NCBI GenBank assembly: GCA_016748015.1
Contig: JAAOMT010000183.1
Coordinates: 351,144 to 377,906, forward strand
Direction: 5' to 3'
DNA length: 26,763 nucleotides
DNA from: Geosiphon pyriformis uo1
Taxonomy: Eukaryota; Fungi; Glomeromycota
A program made the translations under genes and the position numbers. The notes beneath the pieces are model-generated. The model was not told the origin of the DNA and did not search any database. It saw only the letters and a list, made by a program, of their open reading frames with translations. Below, one piece after another: positions 1 through 10,446 of this stretch. Position 1 is the stretch's first letter. Every line of letters begins with the position of its first letter.

Positions 1-496
1 TTTCATGGTACCTGGACATACCAAATTTAAGTGTGATGGTAGTTTTGGATTGATTAAAAAGCTTTATCGAAAAACAACAGTAGATTGTGTGGATCACATT
101 GTTGAAGTTGTGAAAAAATCAAGTACAGCGGGATTAAACAAAGTTCAGTGCTATGAAAACGGCAAAGGCTTTCAATACTTAGATCTTAATTCCGTGTTGG
201 GAATTTTTTTTAAGAAATTGAGTGGTTTACAAAAGTATCAGCATTTTCTATTTGAAGCAGCTCAACCTGGAGTTGTCAAAGCCCAGCTGGTTGCTAATGG
301 TACTTATACTGAATTTAATTTGTTAAAAACTAAAAAAGCAAGTGTTTCTGAAATTACCAAAGAAATTAAGTCCTTTTCAATCCTAGTACTAACCCCTCCT
401 CCTTTGGATTACAGAAGGCAAGAATACCTTTATCACAATATTCGTCCATTTGTCCGGGATGAATTCAAAGATATCACTTGTCCAGAACCAATCTAA
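1..496 (+). mobile_element. C-terminal part of a transposase-like ORF (GHTKFxxDxxFG family, Sola-like/DUF7869-type); 5' end lies outside the window
   Basis: The frame is open from the window edge (F-MVPGHTKFKCDGSFGLIK...) to TAA at 494-496. The GHTKF..D..FG motif and the C-terminal RQEYLYHNIRPFV...CP match my recollection of a widespread TE-derived family. The superfamily assignment is from memory. Confidence 0.55.
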
Positions 497-547
497 TCTA
501 CACTGCCAATAAATAAAACATATTTATATTACCAAAGCTGTAGAAAT

Positions 548-1537
548 ATGAATAATCAAAACAAAATTGATTCCCTTTACACTTTTATCAAAGAACAAGT
601 CAAACTCAGAGGGAAAAAATTAAAGATCATTGCTGATTGAGATGAATGTTTACAATCTAGTAAGCCTTTTTTATTGTGAGAAGTTGGTAAGAAGAAAATC
701 CCTTCTCCTGAATACTTTAAAAAGTTTTGAGAAAATTCCCAAATTGTTTATTCTACTACCCGTGGTTCTAGACTAAATGAAAAGGCATGAGAATATTCTT
801 ATGTTGACAAAGATGATCCAAATGAGAAAAAGAATATTGAAATGTTAGCTAATGGAACTTTAAAAAGAAGAATAAAAGCCAATCTAGAACCTCACTATAG
901 TAATCTTCCCAAATTCTATGACCGAACCTTTTATCTTTCATTAGCCCAAGAATTATTGCAGGCTTTAAAAGAAGAACTAATTAGTGAATTAGTGATTATC
1001 AGTGCTATGGTCAAAGGTCGGAAAAATGCTGGAAAAGGAAAGAAAGACAAAATAGTTAAAAATTTTGCTAATTTTTCTCAAAGCAGATTGGTTTTAATAG
1101 AAACAGTAATTCCAAAAAAAAGTGAAGAAGAAAGAGGGGATGGCTATAAACCTACTCGTTGAGATTATATTAAAGAAAATATCCCTGATTTTGATATTTT
1201 TATTGATGACAGTGAAATTATCATTGAGGAAACTAGAAAGCTCTTATCTGATAAAACTTATGTCATACCAAATTACAAATACAACCAAAATCTCCAAGCT
1301 CCCAATATCTATCATCTGACAACCAGTGTTAATGATTTAAAAAACAGTGATTTTGTTATTGCTACTTTAGAGATGAAAAATAATCAATTAAAGAAAAAAC
1401 TAAAATTTCTGCAAATACAAAAGAGAAGAGACAGTTGAGTTTTTTGGATGATAAGTAGTGAATCACAAATTTTTATCTTAGTCACTTTAGTAGTTAAAAT
1501 TATAATAGTACAGGAAAAAGGTTTTAGAAAGAACTAA
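548..1537 (+). CDS. HAD-superfamily phosphatase (NT5C/5'-nucleotidase-like), 329 aa, readable only with TGA=Trp (translation table 4); candidate bacterial (Mollicutes/MRE) origin
   Basis: ATG 548 to TAA 1535-1537 with no TAA/TAG. Six in-frame TGA (638, 677, 728, 788, 1160, 1436) and one TGG (1445). Motif I KIIAD[W]DECL, motif II LVIISA, motif IV FDIFIDDS; K-rich segment followed by a hydrophobic C-terminus. No introns. Track ORF 842..1162 is its middle part. Confidence 0.8.
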
Positions 1538-1959
1538 AAAACTATGAGCAAAACAATGACAAAGATCAAATCAAACCATTATTTTTTATTCTTCTTGATA
1601 AATTTCATAATAATAAGTAATTTTTTCTTGATTTAAATATTTCTGGAAAACTTTAGTATTATTAATTTTAAAAACATATGAAGCAATATTTTTTCTTGAG
1701 CTTTCTTTAGAATGCTTTTAATAGTGCTGTAATTCTTGAATTCTATAATGAATTTAATGTAAATTAGTTTCATATATTTTATTTTTATATAAAAATAATC
1801 CTATATTAATCTTGTTATAATTTATATTCATCACATTTTGGTATAATAAAATGAATATTAAAATTAACAAGTTCATAAGTTATAAATGAGCACTATTTTT
1901 ATGTCATCTAATAGAATATTTAGTTTGTTTAATTTTATTGTAGTATGCTCTATATAAAA

Positions 1960-2787
1960 AAAAATTTTGAAATTAGTTATAATATACTTAGACAATATCA
2001 ATATATTTTTTAAAACATTCAATAATTACTTGCTCTATTTTCAACAAATTTTTGATTACTTTTGAAGCATTAAACTAAAACTTAATCCAGACAAATGCTT
2101 CTTTAGAAAGATTAAACTAAAATTTTTGAAACACATAATAGCTAAAAACAGAATAAAACCAAATTTTAACATGGTTTAAAAAGTCAAAAACTTTTCAGTT
2201 TTGACCAATCTATGAAAATTAAGAGGATTCTTAGTTTTAGTTAAATACTATTGCAGATTTGTTAAAGGTTTTTTGAATATCACAAAACCACTTTATTATC
2301 TGTTATCAAAACATGTTCCATACTTATAGAAAAAAAAACAGCAAAAGATTTTTAATTATCTTAAACAACACTTAATAAAACACCAATATTGATTTATTTA
2401 GACTTTAATAAATGCTTTATTGTTATTACAGATGTCTTAAAAAATGCACTGAGAGCCATTTTGTTACAAATCAGACTAGATAATTGAAAACATCTAATTG
2501 TCTATGCCAATTACAGTACCAATATAGTAGAAAAAATATACAGCATAACAAATTTGGAATGTTTTATTATTTATTAAGCAGTACAAAATTAGAAACACTA
2601 TTTTTACTAATTATTTAATCTATATACAGATTACAAAAAACTTATTTAATTACTTAACAAGCTACAATTAGAAAAAAAATATGCACAATAAAATACTTAT
2701 TTGTAATAATTTCTTTACAAAGTACATTATAAAAAAAGAGCCAAGAATACCAATGCTAACAGTTTGTCAAGAATAATACAAATCTAA
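1960..2787 (+). mobile_element. Degenerate Ty3/Gypsy LTR-retrotransposon pol relic (RT C-terminal half + RNase H)
   Basis: From 1982: IYLDNINIF...LKLNPDKCFF..LKFLKHII...LRGFLVLVKYYCRFVKGF..ITKPLYYLL. From 2401: DFNKCFIVITDV...YSITNLECF...YTDYKKL...NTNANSLSR. These match the YLDD, LNPxKC, FLGH, YYRRF, TDAS, TDH and NADxLSR motifs. Many stops and one frameshift near 2380-2400. Confidence 0.9.
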
Positions 2788-3134
2788 CTCTGAATTTATA
2801 AACACAACCATTTATCAGCAATTATATCAGTATCTATTAATACTGCAGTTTAAGAAGAAATTATTTTAACAAAAACAAAATATTATACAAAAACAAGCTT
2901 GTAATTACTTTATTCAAAACAATTAATTATATCATTAAAAATACCAAAACTGTACTATCTTACAACAAATTATAAAAAACAATAAAAGAAAAACTGTTTT
3001 GCATAAGATGTATTTTAATTCAATTGCAAAAAACTTCAACAAAGACACTACTATAAAAAAAATAATAAATGTAAAATGAAAAAATTGTGTTTAATATGTC
3101 TAAATATCAAATTATTAATAAAATAGTAATTTAG

Positions 3135-4400
3135 ATAAATATTTTTTGTAATATATCTTCCACTATATTATTACATCTATTTTTTTATTGGCTATTTTTT
3201 TAAAAATATAATAATTAATTTTTATTAAGTTATTTTTTCTTATTATTGTCAAAGTCTGCTTCTAATATAGATTATGTAATTAATACTATAATATTATTAA
3301 AATTGTCATTCAACAAAAAACTGTTATTTGATATTAGTATAATATCTAATGTGTACTTTATTTTAAAAAAGTATGTATTCTAAAGATTTATTTATCATGT
3401 GAGAATTGGAAAATAAAACTGTTTGAATAAATTAATAACTTATAATTCTTTTATTTTATTAATATTGTCATCTGAAAATTTTTTTTTTTTAAATAATAGA
3501 ATTTTTTTCTTGAATCTAATGCAGTATAGAGCATTATAGTTGTATTTGTTTTAGAGTAATATTCAACCAACTTTTCTTTTGCTGTCTTAATTACTATAAC
3601 AATTAATAAATCTAATATTAAATATGTTAAATGAATAACTAAATAAATAAATACAATCAAAATTATAATGTTTTATCAGATTTATTATTATCAACCATGT
3701 TTTTAACATGATTAAGAATGATATTAAAAAAGAGAATAATTAAGAAAGCAGTATTATTTAAACTGGCTGACATTTTAATTATAATATCTTTAAATAATTC
3801 AAAAAATTTAGCAATTTTATTAAAAATAGCTTACTAATTATGTGAAATGACATATTAATAGAAGTCAATATAAGTGCTAGTAAAAATGTTTAATGCTTAT
3901 AAATTTATAGTCAAAATTTTTATATTTAAAATATATGGAATCAAAAATTAACAACTTGCTAATTTAAGAGATAATCTATTCTTAACTATGTTGTAAGTAG
4001 AATTCCATTAGATAGAACAATCCAGAATGAGTTTACAGTATTTAATTTAACATGTATTACAAGCGTATTCAAGAAACTTAAAACATTGGAATAAAATAAA
4101 GATTGCAAAGTTAAGTTCTTTAATCTTAAATTTATACAAAGTTTACATTAAAAAATTTTAGGTAAATATATTTAGTTTGGGTTTTTAACAAATACTTTGA
4201 AAACATTATTGTTTATTTTATTTAGAGCCATCTGTATTGTCAAGTTTAGAATATAATCAAAGCATCAAAACAAAAGTTTTTTAAGTTCTATTGAATGTTT
4301 TTTTCTTTTAATTTTTTTATTAACATTTTTATAATAATACTATTATTTGTGGTATTATCAAAGATAATAACAAAAAGCTTCAAAAAAAATTAAATTATAA
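3135..4400 (-). mobile_element. Degenerate hAT-superfamily transposase relic
   Basis: Motifs occur in the correct order on the minus strand: KLFVIIFDNTTN (~4380; TxDNA), F*CFDYILNL (~4270; RCxxHxLNL), KLILDCSI*WNSTY (~4030; DxxTRWNST), KLVEYY...ALDSRKK (~3570-3510; LDPR), and DVII*WK (~3175; start of the dimerisation domain). Confidence 0.85.
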
Positions 4401-4489
4401 CTAATAAAATTAATAGTAAACTCATATAAAAAAAAGATAAATGTAACTTTTTCTTAAACTTCTTTTTTAATTTTTTTGGCTGAAAATTT

Positions 4490-4706
4490 GGCTTAAAACA
4501 ATAATAAAAACCACTTAAGCTAATATTAAGAAAACATAATTTTCAATAATATAAACACTGTAGTAACTTTGAGTCTCAAATAATGCCAATACCAAAAATT
4601 CAGTTCTGGAACAATGATAAAAACCAACTTAAGCCAACATTGAGAAAATGCAATTTTTGATAATATAGACACTATGATAACTTTAAGTCTTAAATGATAC
4701 TAATAT
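4490..4706. repeat. Diverged direct tandem duplication, two copies with ~113-bp period
   Basis: cttaagctaatattaagaaaacataattttcaataatataaacactgtagtaactttgagtctcaaataatgccaata (~4514) aligns without gaps to cttaagccaacattgagaaaatgcaatttttgataatatagacactatgataactttaagtcttaaatgatactaata (~4628). Confidence 0.85.
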
Positions 4707-6300
4707 ACAGCATAGTATGTTAATCTCATTATTGGCTATTGATTAATCCAAATTCATGTAAAAATATATGTACATATCTTTGATATAATTTTTTAATTTT
4801 TTAATACTTTAAAAAATTCATTTGCAATATTTATTTCATTATGTTATCTATTCATTAATCCAAATTCAATTATTGTTTATTAAAGATCTCAATTGTTATT
4901 AATATAATAAGCAGTAATGGAAACAAAGGCTTTGTTATTGAAAGTTGTCCAGAGATTTGATGTAAAAAAAATTTTGGACTTAATAATATTTAAGTATGCC
5001 TATTATGTTATAAGTATAGGTAAAAAAAAGAGACATTTTATAATAAATGTAGTGCTTACTCTTAATTTTTGTCTATCCAAGACATAAAGTTCTATTACTC
5101 TATTCTTAATTGCATCAACACAAACAGATTGAGAAATAGAGTTTAAATATTGGAATATTTTGATTAATTAAAGGTTTTCTACTATAAGAAGTGATTACAT
5201 GTGATTGATAAGCTAAATAGTAATCATGTCACAAAGTTTTTTATTATCAACATCAATAGCAGTTACTACAAAAAGTTAAAGCAGTTTTCTAGTTAAATTG
5301 GCCAAAAATTATAATAAAAAATAGCAATTTCACCCATCAAAACATTTTTTCAATTAACTTGCAATTTTTCTAGACATTTTGTCTTTTTTTATAATATTTT
5401 TCTATTGTAACATATACTGTCCAGTGAGAAGCCTCTAAATAGCGTTATAAGGGTTTAGTAATGCCTGTAGTTCTACAAGAAAATGGTTTATGCACACATT
5501 TTGAGACTGTTGTTACCAGTAGAATTTTAGCCATTAAATAACATGAAATTACCCTTATAATTTTCATCATTAATTAGCACATATTAATATCATCAAATTA
5601 CACAATACTCCGAACTATGTAACATTCAAGAAATCACCGAAATTTGTAGAAATTTGTAGAAATAATAAATAGCTCACTGAAATAACTTGTAGTTTGTCAA
5701 AATGTATCTTTAGGTCGTCAAAATTATAGCAAAGAGAAAAGTTCAAGTTCAAAGACTAGTACTACAACAAGTTGTATAAAAGAAGAGCTTCTCTCTTCGA
5801 GAAAATATATCTTACATTAGATTTATATTCATTAGAATCATCCTTAAGAAATAAAGATAAAAATATTCGAAAAACCAATCTCTTAAATCATTCCCACTTG
5901 AAAATTCCCAAAAACTCAACTAAAATTTTGAAATTGATTAGCTACAAATTTCAGTGATCCATTAGTGACTTCAGGCCTGGATAGAAAACAATTCCCTTGA
6001 TAACATTTCATTTCATTTACATTTCTTTTATCTTTCTCCCAATTCTGTATTATAATCATTAGGGTAGCCTACAGACAAGATCCCTGTAGAAGAGTTGACT
6101 TTCATAGCAAAGTAACTACACATTTTAGTGAGCTTCCAGATGAGCAATTCTTGGGAAAGAGTTGACGTTTACTACAACATAACTACATAAAGTAACTGGC
6201 ATGGAATTGGCCATTCCACTTATAAGCCCAGCAGTTCAAATTATAGGAGATAATTTGAAGAGAAATTCAGTTATCGGAGGTTCACTAGCTTCCAAAAAAC

Positions 6301-7925
6301 ATGAATTCACAACAAACAGACATTAACAACATTCAAGAAAAGAGACCAAAAACCTTCGGTAACACTGTATATTTAGCTGTTTTTTTTTCTTTTGTCCACT
6401 CAAACTTATCAAAATAGTCCTATACTTTATTCTGAAAACTAGATTTACCAAATATATTAATATTCGGACTATTTGAGTTATCAAATTCCATTATTTTAAA
6501 TTTTGAATCTTTGGTAACATTGGATAATGTTGACAATGAATTCATTTTGGTAAGTTGGAGAGTAGAGTTGTTATACATACATAGTTTTATATACTTCTTT
6601 AACTGATAATCATATTAAAAAAGTATAATCAGTTTTTAACAGTCTTTTTATACAGATTCCGCTTTTGATTCTTCACAACCAATGCAATAGTTTGAAGGCT
6701 TCTAATGGCCTGTAACTCGTTTCATTTACGATCCATTAATATTCAAGGACTTGGATATTAATGCATTTGGTAGTAATTATATTGTAAGTCTCAATAAACA
6801 CAATCTCTTTCAATATGAAAAAAATTAATATTTTTAAGTAAATTCTATTGCTTTTTTGATTAGAGCGGAAATGTTTTTATTTACCAAAATAAATCGATTG
6901 CACTTCAAAAAAAGGCCCTCAAACATACACTCTCTCAAGGTAGAGATACACAGAAATTAAATTTTGTAAGTAAATTTTATTAAACGTATTTAAGTATTAA
7001 CTAAATAAGACTTTTAAATAATGCTTACACAAGTATTTGCCAAGTGTTTCGGACTTTTGGAACGCGTGTTTTAATATAGATACATTAATAGGTAGATGTG
7101 CAAGCATTAACATAGACATTCTTCTTCCAAATGAGCTAAAAGACCCTCAGAACACAATAATAAATTTAGAAATTAAAAATTTTAATGTGAATATCATGGA
7201 AAACCTTGCAATTTATAATAATGCTGGACTAAATATTAAGGCAATTAATGGAAATATCAAGGTTTATGTAAGTATTAAAAATTTTGTGGTAAATTATTAG
7301 AATTCGCTCTCTAACTAATGACTTAATTAAATAAGGATTTATCAGCTCGTTCGGTCTCTTTATCAATAGAGGAAGGTGGTCATATAACTGGAAGCATCGC
7401 TGAAATCCAAAATGAACTATACGTAAGCAATAGCGAAGAAAATTCTATTAGCCTTATTATTAAATCCATTACTGGTAAAGAATCCCCTAGAATAACAGCT
7501 AAAACAGAGAGAGGAGGTTTATCGTTGATTTTTGTAAGTGATATTCCATTTTTATAAAATTATTTTACATGTTCCTCATAATTAATATTTAAAATCCTTT
7601 GTAGGATAACCATACTTTTTCGGGTATATACAATCTAACCACAAAAGAGGGTGATATTTTTATCAAATATCCAGATTCCATAAGTTTTCAAAAGCAAGAT
7701 ACCAATAGAACATTTGGAACTCTTGATACTATAGGGATTAAAATTTTAGATTCAAGCCTAATTGCAAATTCGACTAGTGGGGCTATAAAATTGGGTTTTA
7801 ATCTCTTAGAATTATTATATTTTATATTATATTTTTATTTTGTTTTATATGAATATTTTTTCTATATTGCTATCATTGTAAATCTTTTGGCTTTCAAACT
7901 ATCTATTAGCTTTTTAAAATTTTAG
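6301..7925 (+). pseudogene. Seven-exon gene for a beta-strand-repeat (DUF4097/putative adhesin-like) protein with one apparent 1-bp frameshift
   Basis: Exons 6301-6358, 6443-6549, 6656-6783, 6864-6965, 7034-7267, 7336-7533, 7605-7925. Introns are GT..AG, 68-106 nt, with matching phases. One extra base near 6709 (ggcc>ggccc) is needed to keep the frame. Repeats of the type LNIKAINGNIKV / ITAKTERGGLSL / YNLTTKEGDIFI / IANSTSGAIKL. The domain name is an inference. Confidence 0.65.
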
Positions 7926-8232
7926 AATTAGTTAGGTATTTAAAGAAACTATTAGAATTCGCTTCAGTTTCAATGAAAATATACATTTATTAACTATATA
8001 AAGATATAGAACTAAATTTTACTTTTTGAATATAATGTTACAAAAGATATTTTAATCTTTCTCTTTTTATTTTCAAACCTATTAACAAGAAAGGCAGAAA
8101 TTGTATTTTATAATAGATTTTCAAAGAAAATATCTAATATAAAAACCAAAAGTGGTTAGATTCTATAACTATTAACATATTCTATTAACTAATTAGAAAG
8201 CTAACTCATTTTAAGCAATATTATTAATAAAT

Positions 8233-8380
8233 ATTCCTAGTTCTCAGGAAACCAAGTTTAAAATTGAAATTGGAAATCAAGGACAATCTGCACACATTTG
8301 CCGACGTTGATTCCGAAAACCTCAAGCTCTTGAAGCGAAAGCCAAACGCTGAAAATCCTTTATTAAATCAATTTTCGTGA
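8233..8380 (+). pseudogene. Short Crinkler (CRN)-like N-terminal domain fragment
   Basis: From 8291 HTFADVDSENLKLLK resembles the CRN motif F..VDA..LKLWKV, preceded in another frame by TKFKIEIGNQ. Very short. Confidence 0.3.
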
Positions 8381-10446
8381 TGTAAAAAAAGAAAAAAAGG
8401 GATTTCAAATTTTGTTTGACCTTATGTATATAAAGAGATTAAGATCTGTAAGAAAAAGTAATGTTTATTTGATAAACAATTGAACTGAAATATTATATTT
8501 TTTAATACATAAAAGATCTAGCAACTATAAATAAAAATAAATAGTCCTGAGGCAGTTCTATTGTAATGTAAAGAAGCAGGTAAAATACTAAGTTTCAAGA
8601 TTAAAAGCATCGATTTATACAACGTTTTTGTCTACTATAAAAATAAAATAAAATTTTTTATCAGCTAACAATAAAATTAGAAAAAAAAAGATTGATATAA
8701 ACATTGTTTAATATAAAAAACTTTTGAAATTGTTTGTTTACAAAATTGAATCATTATTTTTTAAAACATATTAATTTCGTTTTTATTAAATGATATTTAA
8801 AAGAAATTATAATATTTTGATTAATTTTTAATATAAATCTGAAATATTATTTCAATTGATCATGTTTTTAAAATAATAAATAAAATATCTTTTTACTTTA
8901 TTAAATTTACATGGTTTTTATAAACATAAAAAAGATTATATTATTTTCGTTTTTATATTAATTTTTCAACAACAATTTGTTATTATATATTTTTGTTTTG
9001 TTAATTTTAATATTAACAATTTTTTATTGTACATTATTTTATTAATAATTAATTTGATAAAATATAAATAACCAAAAAATTGATTAATATTATTGCCATT
9101 TTTTTTATATTTCAAATTAAAAAATTTAAATTTATTTATATATTAATAAAAAATTTTTTTTAAATTATTTTAAGCTTGAAGAGCTATTTTTTTGATAATT
9201 TAATTTAAAAAAAAGCAGTATTTAAATGATTATTTTTATAGCCAATTTTTGTTTTTTTTTTCCTAATTAGTCTGATCCGACTGCTGATTTAAACATATTA
9301 AACCCAGCTCATGCCTTTTCTACACGTGATCAGCCACTTATTATATTATAGATGAAAAGGGCAGTATAAAAAAGATATAACATAATAAATTAATTTAACC
9401 ATAAAATTTTAAACAAATTTCAAAATCCAATATTATTATTATTTCTTTTATAAAATTAATGAATGTTTTTTTGTTTAATATAATCAATTGGTTACTAATA
9501 GAAGATTTCCTAATATAGTCTGAAGTAGTTTTTGATCGGCTCGGATAGCTGGTCACGTGCAGCCGCGTCTAATGTATGACGTTCATGTTATGCGAGAATA
9601 GTCGGTGGTTGGACTACACCTTAAGCATAATAAAAAAAATTAATAATAATCAATTATATTTACATATATGTAAATTCAATAAAAAAAATTATTATAAGAA
9701 AATTCTTTGATTTATTTTCGATAATTTTATTCTTAAATTTGTTAAAAAATGACAATTTTATAGTAGAAAAATTCAATTAAAAATTATTGATTGCTAATTT
9801 TTTCTTGAAAAAAATACTTTTATAAAAGTATCATTTATATTGATCATATATATATAACAATTTTTTCTATTAAAATAGCAAGATAAAGCTTAATCATATA
9901 TAAACATTAGGTTTTTAAAAAAATGAATTTATCTATGATCACTATAATTTTATTAAAATCTTAATAGATTATTTAATTGTAAATTTACGATGTCGTTTCA
10001 GTTTTATGTTTTTGAATCAGCTTAACGCATTTAAGAAGCAAATCTCAGAACTACTCGTTTAGGCAAAGTTACTTAGATATTTATAGTTAAACACTAATGG
10101 TTTAAGGGGAAAGGGAAAAAACTGATCATTGTGACCTACACCTTATAACATGATCGAGATTGGTAGGAATTTACAAAGTTGGATTAGCTCAACGAGCAAA
10201 CAATCAAACATTATCACTTAAGAAATTAATGATGTCCGATCACGATTGGATCTATGAAAAGTCGTCTAAATCTGATAGATAATAAAAGAAATAAGCGTTA
10301 AACAAGAGGATAAATTTCATTAATGATAGATGTAATTTCTTACCTTCAGGCAAAAAGAATATTTCTTTTAAAAGTCAAGGAAATTAATGTTTGATATACT
10401 GTATAAATAATTAAATTAATGATTAATTATTTTCAAATTAAATAAA

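Noticed and set aside
842-1319. Track ORFs 842..1162 and 1122..1319 as independent genes
   Set aside because: The first is an internal piece of the TGA=Trp ORF 548-1537; the second is an off-frame shadow of it.
548-1537. Mitochondrial insertion (NUMT) or selenoprotein as the explanation for in-frame TGA
   Set aside because: The HAD motifs do not match standard mitochondrial gene products, and the TGA contexts (D-x-D, FxE, RxDY) fit Trp rather than Sec. Not formally excluded without a search.
5450-6290. GC-richer stretch with ORF 5772..5957 and short repeated words (aagagttgac, aaagtaact)
   Set aside because: No recognisable motif, the repeats are too short and irregular for an array, and no CRISPR-like periodicity.
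10010-10280. Possible F-box-like pseudogene fragment on the minus strand (IINFLSD / MFDCLLV / PLVFNYKYL)
   Set aside because: The pieces lie in different frames with many stops; too weak to call without a profile search.
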